In this document: piece by piece, positions 20,723-31,114 of the stretch | Numbering within the stretch: position 1 is the stretch's first letter | How the letters are laid out: every line of letters starts with the position of its first letter | NCBI GenBank assembly: GCA_043768765.1 | Contig: JAYVKC010000002.1 | Location: 18,206-82,205 of the forward strand | Direction of reading: 5' to 3' | Length of the DNA stretch: 64,000 nucleotides | Origin: Hyphomicrobiales bacterium | GTDB lineage: Bacteria; Pseudomonadota; Alphaproteobacteria; Rhizobiales; Aestuariivirgaceae | The notes under the pieces: model-generated | What the model saw: only the letters and a program-made list of their open reading frames with translations | The model's database searches: none | What the model was told of the DNA's origin: nothing | Translations under genes and position numbers: made by a program

Positions 20723-21811
20723 TTATGTTTTCGTAGCATTTATCCGCGCGACTTTTTTCTGGTAGCGCGCGTTCATCATCGCCTCGCCCTCTTTCGATCC
20801 GTCGTGCCAGGTGCCAAACCATTTATCGAGCGGGATCAACCCATCGCCGCCGTAGTTCACCTCGAAGTGCTTGTGGTGCAGGTGATGCAAGTAGGCGTGG
20901 CTATCGAGGGTCGCACCCTCGGTGAGTTCGAGTTTCTCGAAACCGATGTGGCCGTTGATCGCGCCATAGCCTGCCATGTTGATTTGCAACAAGGCGATCA
21001 ACGGATTGGAAGGCAGCAGCAAATGCCAGAAGGCCACACCATGATAGAGGAAGGTTTCAACCGGATGCATCGACAATGACGACCAGGGCGAAGGGTTCAC
21101 TGAATTGTGGTGCACCGAGTGAATCCACTTGTAGAGAATCGGAATGTGGATGGTGCGGTGAATGAGGAAGAAGCTGACCTCATGTATGACCGGCGTCATC
21201 AACACGAGGAACGCCAGCCAATAGGGATGCTCTGACCAGTTCAGCCAATACACATAATTGTTGGCGTAGCACCACAGAAGCAGCACTTCGACGAGTGTCC
21301 ACATGGTGATGCCAGACGCATAGGTGCGCAGGAAATTGTCGATGTTCTGGTTCTTGAAGAAGAACACATCAGACGGCTGTTCTGACGGGAACTTGGCGTT
21401 GTATTTGAAGCGCGTGTCCTGTTTGCGTTTCCAATAGTAGAAGTACTCAATCGCGCCATACATCAGGAAGATGCCGATACCGTTGACGGCATAGAGCCAC
21501 AGCGCCCAACCCCAAGCGAGCGTCTTCATCGTCTCCCAATCGGGGAGAACGTAGTGCCAGTAGAGCAGGGTCACCACAATGTGGAACGCGTTCCATGGCC
21601 AGACGTAGCCAATGAGGAAGTCCACCCATTTTTTCAGGTCGAATGGCGTGGTCCAGAAAAATGCGATCTCGGGCCGGGCGCTGGGTGTCCAATCGCCGCG
21701 CTTGTTGCGTGTGCCGTAAGCGAGATCGTCCATCGCGTCCCTTTGATCTTCACAATAAGCTTGCAGCCGCATGCGCAGAGATGCAATGTTGCTTGAAACA
21801 ACAACTGCCAT
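20723..21811 (-). CDS. Fatty acid hydroxylase / sterol desaturase superfamily membrane di-iron enzyme
   Basis: 362-aa ORF (start uncertain: M1, M14 or M27). Histidine boxes HEVSFFLIHRTIH, HSVHHNSVNPSPW and HHLHHKHFEVNYG typical of the FAH superfamily. Multiple TM helices. First gene of the operon containing the ABC importer. Confidence 0.7.
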   Translation of the reverse strand: MAVVVSSNIASLRMRLQAYCEDQRDAMDDLAYGTRNKRGDWTPSARPEIAFFWTTPFDLKKWVDFLIGYVWPWNAFHIVVTLLYWHYVLPDWETMKTLAWGWALWLYAVNGIGIFLMYGAIEYFYYWKRKQDTRFKYNAKFPSEQPSDVFFFKNQNIDNFLRTYASGITMWTLVEVLLLWCYANNYVYWLNWSEHPYWLAFLVLMTPVIHEVSFFLIHRTIHIPILYKWIHSVHHNSVNPSPWSSLSMHPVETFLYHGVAFWHLLLPSNPLIALLQINMAGYGAINGHIGFEKLELTEGATLDSHAYLHHLHHKHFEVNYGGDGLIPLDKWFGTWHDGSKEGEAMMNARYQKKVARINATKT

Positions 21812-21873
21812 TTCATCTCAATACGTATCAGTGTATGTCTTGCAGTTTTGAGGTGTTGTGGAGTGGAGGAACT

Positions 21874-22902
21874 ATGCCACGTGCGACCATCAGCGATGTC
21901 GCCCAGCAGGCGGGCCTGTCCGTTTCAACCGTGAACCGGGCCTTGCACGAGCCTGGAAAAGTGCGCGGTGAAACTCTCCGAGACATCCTTCAATCGGCGG
22001 AAACGGTTGGATTTTATGGCATCGGATCAATCCGAGACAGCATGCGGATCACGCGCCCCAAAGTGCGCATTGGCATCCAATTGTTGCAAAGCAACCGGGT
22101 GCTGTACCGGACTCTGAACCAGTTCCTCGAACGTGCAGCAAAATCTGTCAAAGACCACGATGTGATGATACGAATTGAGCATCAAGAAGACCTTTCACCT
22201 CAAAACGTAGCAGAAACCATGACCCGGCTGGCACAGTCGTCGGATATTCTCGGCGTTGTCTCAACTGAACATCCCATGGTTGCGCATACCCTTGAAAATC
22301 TGGCTGAAAACGGCACCAAGTGTTTTGCCATCATCTCCCAGCTTACGGCGCGGTGCAACGTTGGCTACATTGGCATAGACCATTGGAAAGTGGGCCGCAC
22401 GGCGGGTTGGGCTTTCAACAACCTTTGCAAGGCTCCCGGCAAGATCGGCATTCTGGTCGGCAGCCACCGCTACCGAAACCAGGAAACCAACGAAAGCGGT
22501 TTCCGCTCTTACATCCGCGAGCACGCCACCGGCTTCGAGCTGCTGGAAGCACAGTCCACATTTGAAACGACCAGCATTGCACGTGAACTGACAGAATCGC
22601 TTCTGGAGCGGCACCCGGATTTGATCGGGCTCTACGTTTCAGGTGGTGGCATTACCGGAGCGTGTGAAGCTTTACGCGAAAGCGGGCGCGCCAAGGACAT
22701 TGTCACGGTCGGCTATGATCTGACCAATGTCACCCGCGCAGGCCTTCTGGACGGCACCATCAATTTCATCATTGCCCATCCCCTTGAAAACCTGGCGCAG
22801 GAAGCGATCGCTGCCATGATCCGCTGTTTTGACGGCGGGCCAGATTTTCCGCCTGAATCCATCTCTTTACCGTTTGACATCTACACGCCAGAGAACTTGT
22901 AA
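21874..22902 (+). CDS. LacI-family transcriptional regulator
   Basis: 342 aa from MPRATISDVAQQAGLSVSTVNRAL (LacI HTH) followed by a periplasmic-binding-protein-like effector domain. Divergent from the hydroxylase-ABC operon. GGAGGA RBS. Confidence 0.85.
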   Translation: MPRATISDVAQQAGLSVSTVNRALHEPGKVRGETLRDILQSAETVGFYGIGSIRDSMRITRPKVRIGIQLLQSNRVLYRTLNQFLERAAKSVKDHDVMIRIEHQEDLSPQNVAETMTRLAQSSDILGVVSTEHPMVAHTLENLAENGTKCFAIISQLTARCNVGYIGIDHWKVGRTAGWAFNNLCKAPGKIGILVGSHRYRNQETNESGFRSYIREHATGFELLEAQSTFETTSIARELTESLLERHPDLIGLYVSGGGITGACEALRESGRAKDIVTVGYDLTNVTRAGLLDGTINFIIAHPLENLAQEAIAAMIRCFDGGPDFPPESISLPFDIYTPENL

Positions 22903-22920
22903 GGCGCATCCGTTCCGCGC

Positions 22921-23877
22921 CTAAGCGCTGCCGATCAGCATGCCGGTGAGGAAAACCAGAAATCCGCCAACCGCAATTTGAAACGCGGCCTTCAGGAAAG
23001 GCGTGTCCATGTATTTGTACCTGATCCAGGAAATGGCCCACAACTCGATGAAAACGATGATGACGGCGAGCCACGTCGCCGTCTGAAAATCGGGGATGAG
23101 ATAGGGCAGCGCGTGGCCCAGGCCACCGATTGCCGTCATGATGCCGGCGGAGAGCCCGCGGATCAGCGGATGTCCGCGCCCGGTGAGCTTGCCATCATCC
23201 GACAAGCCCTCTGCCAGTCCCATTGAAATGCCAGCACCAATGCTGGCTGCGGTTCCAACCAGAAACGTCTCCCAGGTGTTACCGGTTGCAAAGGCCGCTG
23301 CGAACAGCGGTGCCAGCGTGGAAACCGAGCCGTCCATCAGGCCGACGAGTCCTGGCTGCACGACTTGCACGAGGAACAAGCGCCGTTCTGCTTCTTTTTC
23401 CTCCAGGGCAGCGTCAGGTGTTACGTGTTGCAGCCCCAACTTGACGGCAAGGGAGCTGTGTCCCTTTTCCGCTTCCGCCAATCCGTTCAGCAATTTCTTG
23501 ATGGCCGGGTCGCTGGTCCGCTCGACAGCACTTTTGTAGAACCGGTAGTTCTCCAACTCAATCAATTCGGCGTGTTTGCGCATGGCATCAATGCCTAGCT
23601 TGGAGACCATCCAAGTCGGCTTGTGTTTGACAAACCCGTTGATATCCGAACGCCGGATCAGGGGAATGAAGTCGCCGAATTTCTTGACGTAAAGCGTCTT
23701 GAGCCGGTCGCGGTGTTCATGCTCTTCTTCCGCCATCTCCATGAACACGCGTGCCGATGCCGGAAAACCAGTCATCAACGCATGGGCAAACCCGATGTAG
23801 GAACGTGCGTCATCATCCTCGGATGATATGGCGAGGGCCAACAATTCCTGTTCGCTGAGATCGGAAAAGGTCTTCAT
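22921..23877 (-). CDS. mbfA: Membrane-bound ferritin-like / VIT1(CCC1) family iron exporter (MbfA-like)
   Basis: 318 aa. N-terminal erythrin/ferritin-like di-iron motifs ([10 protein letters not shown] ... AEAEKGH). C-terminal VIT1 membrane domain. Confidence 0.7.
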   Translation of the reverse strand: MKTFSDLSEQELLALAISSEDDDARSYIGFAHALMTGFPASARVFMEMAEEEHEHRDRLKTLYVKKFGDFIPLIRRSDINGFVKHKPTWMVSKLGIDAMRKHAELIELENYRFYKSAVERTSDPAIKKLLNGLAEAEKGHSSLAVKLGLQHVTPDAALEEKEAERRLFLVQVVQPGLVGLMDGSVSTLAPLFAAAFATGNTWETFLVGTAASIGAGISMGLAEGLSDDGKLTGRGHPLIRGLSAGIMTAIGGLGHALPYLIPDFQTATWLAVIIVFIELWAISWIRYKYMDTPFLKAAFQIAVGGFLVFLTGMLIGSA

Positions 23878-23913
23878 GTGACAAGCTTAGAACGATTCTA
23901 ATCAATGTCCAGA

Positions 23914-24609
23914 TCACAGGCTGCGCACCAGGGCGGGCAGGGCGGCGAGATCCGCAACTTCATGGAAACGCGGCGTGTCTTTCGGAACGTCCTCGTGTTC
24001 ATGGTCCCAGATGATGTCGAAAGGCACATAAACGCCGTGGCCACCCGCTTCAATCATCGGCAAGACGTCGGAACGAATGGAGTTGCCCGCCATCACTGTT
24101 CGCTCCACCTGCGTGCCGTGGCGTTTGCAGATGGACTTGTAGGTATCAGCTTTTTTGTCAGACACAATTTCGATGCCTTCAAAGTAATGCGCAAGGCCAG
24201 ACGCCAGTACCTTGCGCTCCTGGTGGTGCAAATCGCCTTTTGTCACCATCAGCAACCGGTGTGAGCCGTGCAGTGTTTTCAAGGCATCTTCCGCATGTGG
24301 CAGAAGTTCAATGTCATGGTCCAGCATGTCGCGACCCATGGCAATGAGTTTGCGGATCAGGGTGGTGTCAACCGCACCACCAGAAACGTCTATCGCTGTC
24401 TCGATCATTGACAGTGTGAAGGACTTCACACCAAAACCATAGAGCTTGATGTTGCGCTTCTCCGCTTCGGCAATGGCGCGCGTGCCCGCATCGGGTGCCA
24501 TGAAGTCCGACAGCATTTCGCCAAAGCGTTTTTCCGCCGCGTCAAAGTGGATGAGATTGTGCCACAGTGTGTCATCCGCGTCGAAAAAGACGGTGGTGAT
24601 GCCGCTCAT
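23914..24609 (-). CDS. HAD-superfamily hydrolase
   Basis: 231 aa. Motif [11 protein letters not shown] (DxD) at the N-terminus. Confidence 0.7.
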   Translation of the reverse strand: MSGITTVFFDADDTLWHNLIHFDAAEKRFGEMLSDFMAPDAGTRAIAEAEKRNIKLYGFGVKSFTLSMIETAIDVSGGAVDTTLIRKLIAMGRDMLDHDIELLPHAEDALKTLHGSHRLLMVTKGDLHHQERKVLASGLAHYFEGIEIVSDKKADTYKSICKRHGTQVERTVMAGNSIRSDVLPMIEAGGHGVYVPFDIIWDHEHEDVPKDTPRFHEVADLAALPALVRSL

Positions 24610-25544
24610 CGCCTGGCTTCAATCGCATCCCAGATCAAGGCGGCAATGTCCGCCCCGCCAAAAGCCTTTACCTGCCTGATGCCGGTTGGTGAAGTGACGT
24701 TGATCTCGGTCATGTAGTCGCCAATCACGTCAATGCCGGTGAACAGAAGCCCACGCCTTTTCAGTTCCGGTCCGATGGCTTCGCAGATTTCATGCTCGCG
24801 TTTCGTGATCCCGGTTGGCGCAGCCTTGCCACCCACATGCATGTTGGAGCGATGGTCATGCAGTGCTGGCACGCGGTTGATCGCTCCCACCGGCTTGCCA
24901 TCCACCAGGATGATGCGCTTGTCGCCCAGCCGCACCTGCGGCAGGTATTTCTGCGCGATAAACGGCTCCTTGAACATCGCGGTGAACATCTCCACCAGCG
25001 ACGCGAAATTCTGGTCGTCGTGCGCGGTCTTGAAAATACCCGCACCACCATTGCCATAGAGCGGTTTCAAGATGATCTCGCCGTGTTCGCGACGGAAGGC
25101 TTCAAGTTCCGATACGTCACGCGTGATCAACGTCGGTGGCATCAGATCGGCAAACCGCATGATGAAGAGTTTTTCCGGCGCGTTGCGCACTTCGGCAGGA
25201 TCATTCACCACCAGTGTTTTCGGGTGAATGCGTTCCAGAAGATGTGTCGCCGTAATATAACCCATGTCAAACGGCGGGTCCTGCCGCATGTGGATGACGT
25301 CCTGTGTGGACAGGTCAATCCGGCGCATCGCACCTACCGTGAAATGGTTGCCTGCAACATCCTTGACGCAAACATCCTGGCCCGCTGCCGACAATACGCC
25401 GTCGCGCCAGGCCAAGGTCTTCACATGATAGTGGAACAGATCGTGCCCGCGCCGCTGTGCTTCAAGCATCAGCGCAAAGGTAGAGTCACCTTCGATGTGG
25501 AAACTCTCCATGGGATCGGCCTGGACGGCCACTTTGAGCGCCAT
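24606..25544 (-). CDS. gshB: Glutathione synthetase
   Basis: 312 aa with ATP-grasp fold. [34 protein letters not shown] is the typical GshB N-terminus. Confidence 0.9.
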   Translation of the reverse strand: MALKVAVQADPMESFHIEGDSTFALMLEAQRRGHDLFHYHVKTLAWRDGVLSAAGQDVCVKDVAGNHFTVGAMRRIDLSTQDVIHMRQDPPFDMGYITATHLLERIHPKTLVVNDPAEVRNAPEKLFIMRFADLMPPTLITRDVSELEAFRREHGEIILKPLYGNGGAGIFKTAHDDQNFASLVEMFTAMFKEPFIAQKYLPQVRLGDKRIILVDGKPVGAINRVPALHDHRSNMHVGGKAAPTGITKREHEICEAIGPELKRRGLLFTGIDVIGDYMTEINVTSPTGIRQVKAFGGADIAALIWDAIEARR

Positions 25545-25912
25545 CAGCGGTCTCCGTAAAAAGCGTTTTCGATATGTGTGGGCCAGAGGTAGGAGGGCAC
25601 AGCCACGATGTCAAACCGGCAGAACGAGGCATTGGCAACAGCGTCCCGCGCCATCCAGGTGGCCGCCGCCGAAGCAATGCGTTTGGCTTGGCGTGGTGTC
25701 ACGGCAATCACGGCTGCATCAATGCTGTGGCGTGCCTTTACCTCAATGAACGCGGTGGTTTGGCCTTTGCGCATGATCAGATCAACTTCACCCTGATACG
25801 CCTTGAAACGCCGCGCCAGCAGCCGGTATCCTTTGCATCGCAAGTACCACAGGGCAATGAGCTCTGCGGTGCGTCCGCGCTTTTCGGCAGCTTCACGCTT
25901 GATTTGCGCCAT
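25544..25912 (-). CDS. yraN: YraN family (UPF0102) predicted endonuclease
   Basis: 122 aa. [32 protein letters not shown]...AFIEVKAR signature. Conserved position between rsmI and gshB. Confidence 0.8.
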   Translation of the reverse strand: MAQIKREAAEKRGRTAELIALWYLRCKGYRLLARRFKAYQGEVDLIMRKGQTTAFIEVKARHSIDAAVIAVTPRQAKRIASAAATWMARDAVANASFCRFDIVAVPSYLWPTHIENAFYGDR

Positions 25913-26741
25913 CGATTTTCCGTTTCAGTATGCGCGCATAGATGTCCTGCTTGGGGAGGCGAAGCGCTTTTGCCACCGTGGCGGCAGCCTTGCTGGCAGG
26001 CAAATTTTCCAATGCCGCAACAATGGCGGCTTCAATCGCTGCATCATCAGGTGGTTCGGCAACGTCCTTTGCAGGTCCGATCACCAGCACGAACTCACCC
26101 TTGATTGATGCCCGTGCGGCCAGTGTGGCATGGATGACCATGGCTGGCCCGCGCAGGACTTCCTCGTGCAGCTTGCTAAGCTCGCGTGCCGCGACGACGG
26201 GCCTGTCGCCCAGGACTGCGCTGATGTCGATCAGGGTGGCCAGGACACGGTGCGGGCTTTCATAATACACCGACGTGATGGTGTGCGATTTGATGGATTG
26301 CAGCGCCTTCAAGCGCTGCGACTCTTTTTCAGGCATGAATCCCTGAAATGCAAACCGGTCAGTGGGCAATGCCGACAATTGCAGACCGGTGAGCACGGCG
26401 GAAGCACCCGGCATTGACGTGACCAACAACCCTCCATCAACGCAGGCAGCAACCAACTTGAATCCGGGATCGGAAATCAGGGGCGTTCCGGCATCACTGA
26501 CCAAGGCAACAGCCGCGCCCTTTTCAATGGCCGCAACAATATCGGGCCGGACTTTGGCAGCGTTGTGTTCATGATAGTTGCGCATTGGTGTTCGGATGCC
26601 GTAGCGCTCGAGCAGTTTTCCCGTGACCCTGGTATCTTCGCAATAGACCCACGTGCACCCCGCAAGGGTCTGCAAGGCGCGCAGAGTAATGTCGCCCAGG
26701 TTGCCGATCGGCGTTGCCACCAGATACAATCCGGGCGGCAT
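25893..26741 (-). CDS. rsmI: 16S rRNA (cytidine1402-2'-O)-methyltransferase
   Basis: About 282 aa from MPPGLYLVATPIGNLGDITLRAL (tetrapyrrole-methylase fold). The ORF extends to 26789. Confidence 0.85.
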   Translation of the reverse strand: MPPGLYLVATPIGNLGDITLRALQTLAGCTWVYCEDTRVTGKLLERYGIRTPMRNYHEHNAAKVRPDIVAAIEKGAAVALVSDAGTPLISDPGFKLVAACVDGGLLVTSMPGASAVLTGLQLSALPTDRFAFQGFMPEKESQRLKALQSIKSHTITSVYYESPHRVLATLIDISAVLGDRPVVAARELSKLHEEVLRGPAMVIHATLAARASIKGEFVLVIGPAKDVAEPPDDAAIEAAIVAALENLPASKAAATVAKALRLPKQDIYARILKRKIDGANQA

Positions 26742-26812
26742 GCCTGTTGCTTCATAGGCATGCGCACCAATGTGATAGGAACCTGTCATGGCGCAAGGCT
26801 AGCCGAGAAGCA

Positions 26813-27949
26813 TCAATTCGCCAATTCCCGGATCACGGCGTTGAGGATGCGTCGCCCTGATTGGGTGGCGGAGAGCCTGCTACCATGCCGTTTGATCAAT
26901 CCGAGTTGGACGAGTGCAGCGATTTTTGCGGGGTCAATGTCTTGGCCTGCCAACTGTGCATGGGTCGCAAGATCAATGCCTTCGGAAATGCGAAGTCCCA
27001 TCAACAGATGTTCGCGGGCTTGTTCAGCTGGCGAGATGTCTTCCGGTCCCGAATGCCCGTGGCCAGTTGATGTCACCTTTTGCCGCCATGTTTCAGGATG
27101 CTTCTCTGATACGAGCCCAAAACGCCGCCCACCTTCGGTCAGGCGTGAATGCGCGCCCGGCCCAACGCCCGCATACTCGCCATAGCGCCAATACAGGAGA
27201 TTGTGCTGGCTTTCCTGGCCTGGTCTGGCGTGGTTTGAAATTTCGTAAGCGGGCAACCCCGCCTTGTCGGTCAGTTCCTGCGTGATGTCATAGAGATCGG
27301 CCGCGAGATCATCCTCCGGCACCACCAGTTTTCCGGCTGCATGAAGGTCAAAATAACGCGTGTCGGGTTCAATGGTGAGTTGATACAGCGACATATGCCC
27401 CTGTTGTTCCGCCAGTGCGCGGGCAAGTTCGGCTGACCAGCTCTCGCGCGTCTGGCCAGGCCGGGCGTAAATCATGTCGAATGAAACGCGTGGAAAAATT
27501 TGCGCCGCCAGCCGGAAGGCCGCAAGTGCTTCATCTGGCGAATGTTGCCGCCCCAGCGCTGCAAGATCACCCGCATCCAAAGCCTGCACACCAACCGAGA
27601 CACGGTTCACGCCGGCGGTGCGATACCCCCGAAAATTCTCCGCTTCCACACTGGTGGGATTCGCCTCCAGCGTGATTTCGGCAGTTTCAGCAACCGGCCA
27701 CAGCTTCGCCACGTGATCGAGCACATGCTGAACAGCGGCGGGCGGCATCAATGAGGGGGTGCCGCCGCCGAAAAAAACACTGGTGACTGTGCGACCCGGC
27801 GTTTGCCCTTGCATCCAGGAAAGTTCGGTCGCAAGCGCCTGGGCAAATCCCGTGGCGTCAACCGGCCCATGACGGACATGGCTGTTGAAATCACAATACG
27901 GACATTTGGCCTTGCAAAACGGCCAGTGGATGTAGACACCGAAACTCAC
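26813..27949 (-). CDS. hemW: Radical SAM heme chaperone HemW (HemN-like, oxygen-independent coproporphyrinogen oxidase family)
   Basis: 378 aa. Radical-SAM motif CKAKCPYCDF. Conserved rph-rdgB-hemW order. Confidence 0.85.
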   Translation of the reverse strand: MSFGVYIHWPFCKAKCPYCDFNSHVRHGPVDATGFAQALATELSWMQGQTPGRTVTSVFFGGGTPSLMPPAAVQHVLDHVAKLWPVAETAEITLEANPTSVEAENFRGYRTAGVNRVSVGVQALDAGDLAALGRQHSPDEALAAFRLAAQIFPRVSFDMIYARPGQTRESWSAELARALAEQQGHMSLYQLTIEPDTRYFDLHAAGKLVVPEDDLAADLYDITQELTDKAGLPAYEISNHARPGQESQHNLLYWRYGEYAGVGPGAHSRLTEGGRRFGLVSEKHPETWRQKVTSTGHGHSGPEDISPAEQAREHLLMGLRISEGIDLATHAQLAGQDIDPAKIAALVQLGLIKRHGSRLSATQSGRRILNAVIRELAN

Positions 27950-28554
27950 AACAACTCTTTTACCATCAACGCCACAGCCCGCGCACGATGCGAGAGCGTG
28001 TTCTTTTTTTCGTGCGTCATCTCGCCAAATGTCCGGGTTTCTCCTTCCGGCACAAATACCGGATCATATCCATGTCCCAATTTTCCGCGCGGTGGCCAGA
28101 CCAAATGCCCCGGCACGCGACCGACAAACATCCGCTCTTCACCATCCGGCCACAGCACACACAAGGTTGCCATGAAAGATGCCATGCGTTTGTCTGTCGT
28201 GGTGGCACCGGCAGCTTGCAATTTTTCTTCCACCGCCCGCATCGCCATCATCCAGTCACGCGATGGTCCGGCCCAATTGGCGGTGTAAACGCCGGGTTCA
28301 CCATTCAACGCTTCAACACAAAGTCCGGAATCGTCCGCAATCGTGATCAGTCCGGTGGCCGCACTTGCAGCCTTCGCCTTGATCCGGGCGTTGCCTTCAA
28401 ACGATGATTCAGTTTCATCCGGCTCGGCCAGTTCCAATTCCCCGGCGCTCACCACATCAACACCAAAGGGTGCCAGAATTTCCCGAAACTCCTCCAGCTT
28501 GCCGGCATTGTGCGTGGCAACCAGAACCTTTTGCCCACGCAAGGTTCGACTCAT
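27946..28554 (-). CDS. rdgB: Non-canonical purine NTP pyrophosphatase (RdgB/HAM1)
   Basis: 202 aa. [15 protein letters not shown] ... TIADDSGL ... GHGYDPVF motifs. Confidence 0.9.
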   Translation of the reverse strand: MSRTLRGQKVLVATHNAGKLEEFREILAPFGVDVVSAGELELAEPDETESSFEGNARIKAKAASAATGLITIADDSGLCVEALNGEPGVYTANWAGPSRDWMMAMRAVEEKLQAAGATTTDKRMASFMATLCVLWPDGEERMFVGRVPGHLVWPPRGKLGHGYDPVFVPEGETRTFGEMTHEKKNTLSHRARAVALMVKELL

Positions 28555-29264
28555 GCAATGGCTTTCTTCTGCAGTTCGACCAACGTTGTTACGCCTTGAG
28601 AGGCAAGCGCCAGCAATTTGAGCAGCATGTCTTGGCTGAAGGGTGCTCCTTCGGCTGTTCCTTGCACTTCGACAATGCCACCCGAACCTGTCATCACGAA
28701 ATTCGCATCGGTCTCTGCCGTTGAATCTTCCGCATAGTCCAGATCAAGCACGCCGATGCCGCCGTGGATGCCACACGAGATGGCGGCCACATGGTCTTTC
28801 AGCGGCCATGTCTTGAACATGCTGCGCGCCTCCATCCATTTGAGGCAGTCGTGCAGCGCGATCCAGGCACCGGTGATCGCTGCCGTGCGCGTGCCGCCGT
28901 CTGCCTGCAGGACATCACAGTCGAGTGTAATCTGCCGTTCGCCCAGTTGTTTCAGGTCCACAACCGCGCGCATGGAGCGCCCGATCAGCCGCTGGATTTC
29001 CTGGGTGCGACCCGACTGCTTGCCTGCCGCTGCTTCCCGGCGGGTACGGTCATGCGTGGCGCGCGGCAGCATGCCATATTCCGCCGTCACCCAGCCTTTG
29101 CCCTGGCCCTTCAACCATGGCGGCACCTTTTCATCGAGCGATGCCGTGACCAGCACGTGCGTCTCGCCGAATTTGACGAGGCACGAGCCTTCCGCATGTT
29201 TGGTGAATCCGCGTGTAAATGTTACGTCACGCAATTGGTCGACATTTCGCCCTGATGGACGCAT
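28551..29264 (-). CDS. rph: Ribonuclease PH
   Basis: About 237 aa from [38 protein letters not shown]. The ORF extends to 29363. Confidence 0.9.
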   Translation of the reverse strand: MRPSGRNVDQLRDVTFTRGFTKHAEGSCLVKFGETHVLVTASLDEKVPPWLKGQGKGWVTAEYGMLPRATHDRTRREAAAGKQSGRTQEIQRLIGRSMRAVVDLKQLGERQITLDCDVLQADGGTRTAAITGAWIALHDCLKWMEARSMFKTWPLKDHVAAISCGIHGGIGVLDLDYAEDSTAETDANFVMTGSGGIVEVQGTAEGAPFSQDMLLKLLALASQGVTTLVELQKKAIA

Positions 29265-29343
29265 AGGGTTAATCCTCGTGTTGTGATGGGGGCCTCTTAT
29301 CGTGCGGGTTGACCTGAGCCAACTCAATTCATATCTAGATGAA

Positions 29344-30432
29344 ATGTCGTACATGCCGGCCAAGCCAACCGACGAAAAGCTCGCAGGTATCGCAGCCCTC
29401 GACCAGCGCAGCCGTGAGATATTCAGGCGTCTGGTGGATACCTATCTTGAAACAGGCGAGCCCGTTGGTTCACGCACCATTTCCAAGGTCCTGCCTGCCT
29501 CGCTTTCACCCGCCTCCGTGCGCAATGTGATGATGGATCTGGAGGAGTCAGGCCTCGTATTCTCGCCGCATACGTCGGCGGGCCGCATTCCCACTGAATT
29601 GGGCTTGCGCTTCTTCGTGGATTCCCTGTTGGAAGTGGGTTCAATCACGGAAGCTGAACGCAGCCGCATCGACGTTCAGATCAAGGCCTCTGACCGTTCA
29701 CGCCGGTTTGAGGATGTGCTGGGCGAGGCGACCACCATGCTCTCTGGCCTGTCGCAGTGTGCCGGCGTGCTCATGTCGCCGAAACTCACGACCCGCCTGA
29801 AGCACATCGAATTCGTCAACCTGGCAGCGGGCCGCGCACTGGTCATTCTGGTGGGAGAGGATGGGTCGGTGGAAAACCGTGTCATCGACGTTCCTCCAGG
29901 CTTGCCCGCGTCAATATTCATGCGTGCCACCAACTATCTTTCTGCTGCAGCGCAAGGCCGCACCATCGCCGAAGTCCAGCATCTGATTGCCATCGAGGTG
30001 CAAAAACTCCGCACCGAACTCGATGATGTATCGGCCCGGCTGGTGCAAGACGGTCTTGCGGTTTGGGCAGGCGGCAATGACATGGATGCACGGTCCTTGA
30101 TCGTGCGGGGCCAGGCCAATCTGCTGGAGAATTCAACAGCGATCGCCGATCTCGAACGCATGCGCAAACTGTTCGAGGACATCGAGAACAAGCGTGAACT
30201 GGTTGATTTGCTGGGGCTCGCCGAAAACGCCGAAGGGGTTCGCATCTTCATTGGTTCTGAAAACCGCCTGTTTTCCCTCTCGGGCTCATCGCTGGTCGCC
30301 GCACCCTTGAAAAACGACCAGGAAAAAATCGTCGGCGTGCTTGGCATCATCGGGCCGACGCGCCTCAACTATGCGCGCATCATTCCCATGGTGGACTACA
30401 CGGCAAAGGTCGTGGGGCGTCTCATCTCTTGA
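29344..30432 (+). CDS. hrcA: Heat-inducible transcriptional repressor HrcA
   Basis: About 362 aa. [29 protein letters not shown] is the typical HrcA N-terminus. Alternative starts at the GTG at 29302 or the ATG at 29353. Confidence 0.85.
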   Translation: MSYMPAKPTDEKLAGIAALDQRSREIFRRLVDTYLETGEPVGSRTISKVLPASLSPASVRNVMMDLEESGLVFSPHTSAGRIPTELGLRFFVDSLLEVGSITEAERSRIDVQIKASDRSRRFEDVLGEATTMLSGLSQCAGVLMSPKLTTRLKHIEFVNLAAGRALVILVGEDGSVENRVIDVPPGLPASIFMRATNYLSAAAQGRTIAEVQHLIAIEVQKLRTELDDVSARLVQDGLAVWAGGNDMDARSLIVRGQANLLENSTAIADLERMRKLFEDIENKRELVDLLGLAENAEGVRIFIGSENRLFSLSGSSLVAAPLKNDQEKIVGVLGIIGPTRLNYARIIPMVDYTAKVVGRLIS

Positions 30433-30504
30433 TTTTTGCCCCGCGATTGCCGATATGCTGCCCACGAAATCCCGCATCCCCGATCTTGAGCATTGGAACC
30501 GACA

Positions 30505-31104
30505 ATGAGCCCTGCTGACCCACAGTCGCCTGACAACCATTTTGACGATCCCGAAGCCGTTGATCTGGAGTCCCTGGCCGACGACATTCTGGAACAGGCC
30601 GGGCCGGCGGATGACATCGATCCGCGCAGCACAGAAGTGGCAGGCCTGAAGGAAGAAGTGGCTGCCGCCAAAGACCGCATGCTGCGGCTTGCAGCTGAAA
30701 TGGAAAACCTGCGCAAGCGCACGGAGCGCGAAAAGGCGGAAGCCACACTCTATGCCGCCAGCAATTTTGCCCGCGACCTGCTTTCCGTTGCTGACAGCCT
30801 TTCCCGCGCCCTCGCGGCCGTGCCGCCGGAAGAACGCGAGATCATTGATGATGTCATGAAGAAGTTTCTTGATGGCATAGAACTGACAGAGCGCGAGCTG
30901 CTGTCAGTGTTCCAGCGCCACAACATCCGCAAACTTGAAACCATCGGCCAAAAATTCGACCCCAATTTCCATCAGGCAATGTTTGAAATTCCGACTTCGG
31001 AAAAACCGCCCGGCACCGTGATGCAGGAAGTGCAATCAGGTTACGCCGTGGGCGAACGCTGCCTCAGGCCTGCGCTGGTGGGCGTGGCCAAGGCTGATGG
31101 ATAA
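30505..31104 (+). CDS. grpE: Nucleotide exchange factor GrpE
   Basis: About 199 aa. Coiled-coil region then C-terminal GrpE domain (LRKRTEREKAEATLYAASNFARDLL). Downstream of hrcA. Confidence 0.9.
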   Translation: MSPADPQSPDNHFDDPEAVDLESLADDILEQAGPADDIDPRSTEVAGLKEEVAAAKDRMLRLAAEMENLRKRTEREKAEATLYAASNFARDLLSVADSLSRALAAVPPEEREIIDDVMKKFLDGIELTERELLSVFQRHNIRKLETIGQKFDPNFHQAMFEIPTSEKPPGTVMQEVQSGYAVGERCLRPALVGVAKADG

Positions 31105-31114
31105 TCTGAGGTAA

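Noticed and set aside
29265-29345. Search for a CIRCE (TTAGCACTC-N9-GAGTGCTAA) operator upstream of hrcA-grpE
   Set aside because: No such inverted repeat is present. In alphaproteobacteria CIRCE usually sits at groESL, which is not in this window.
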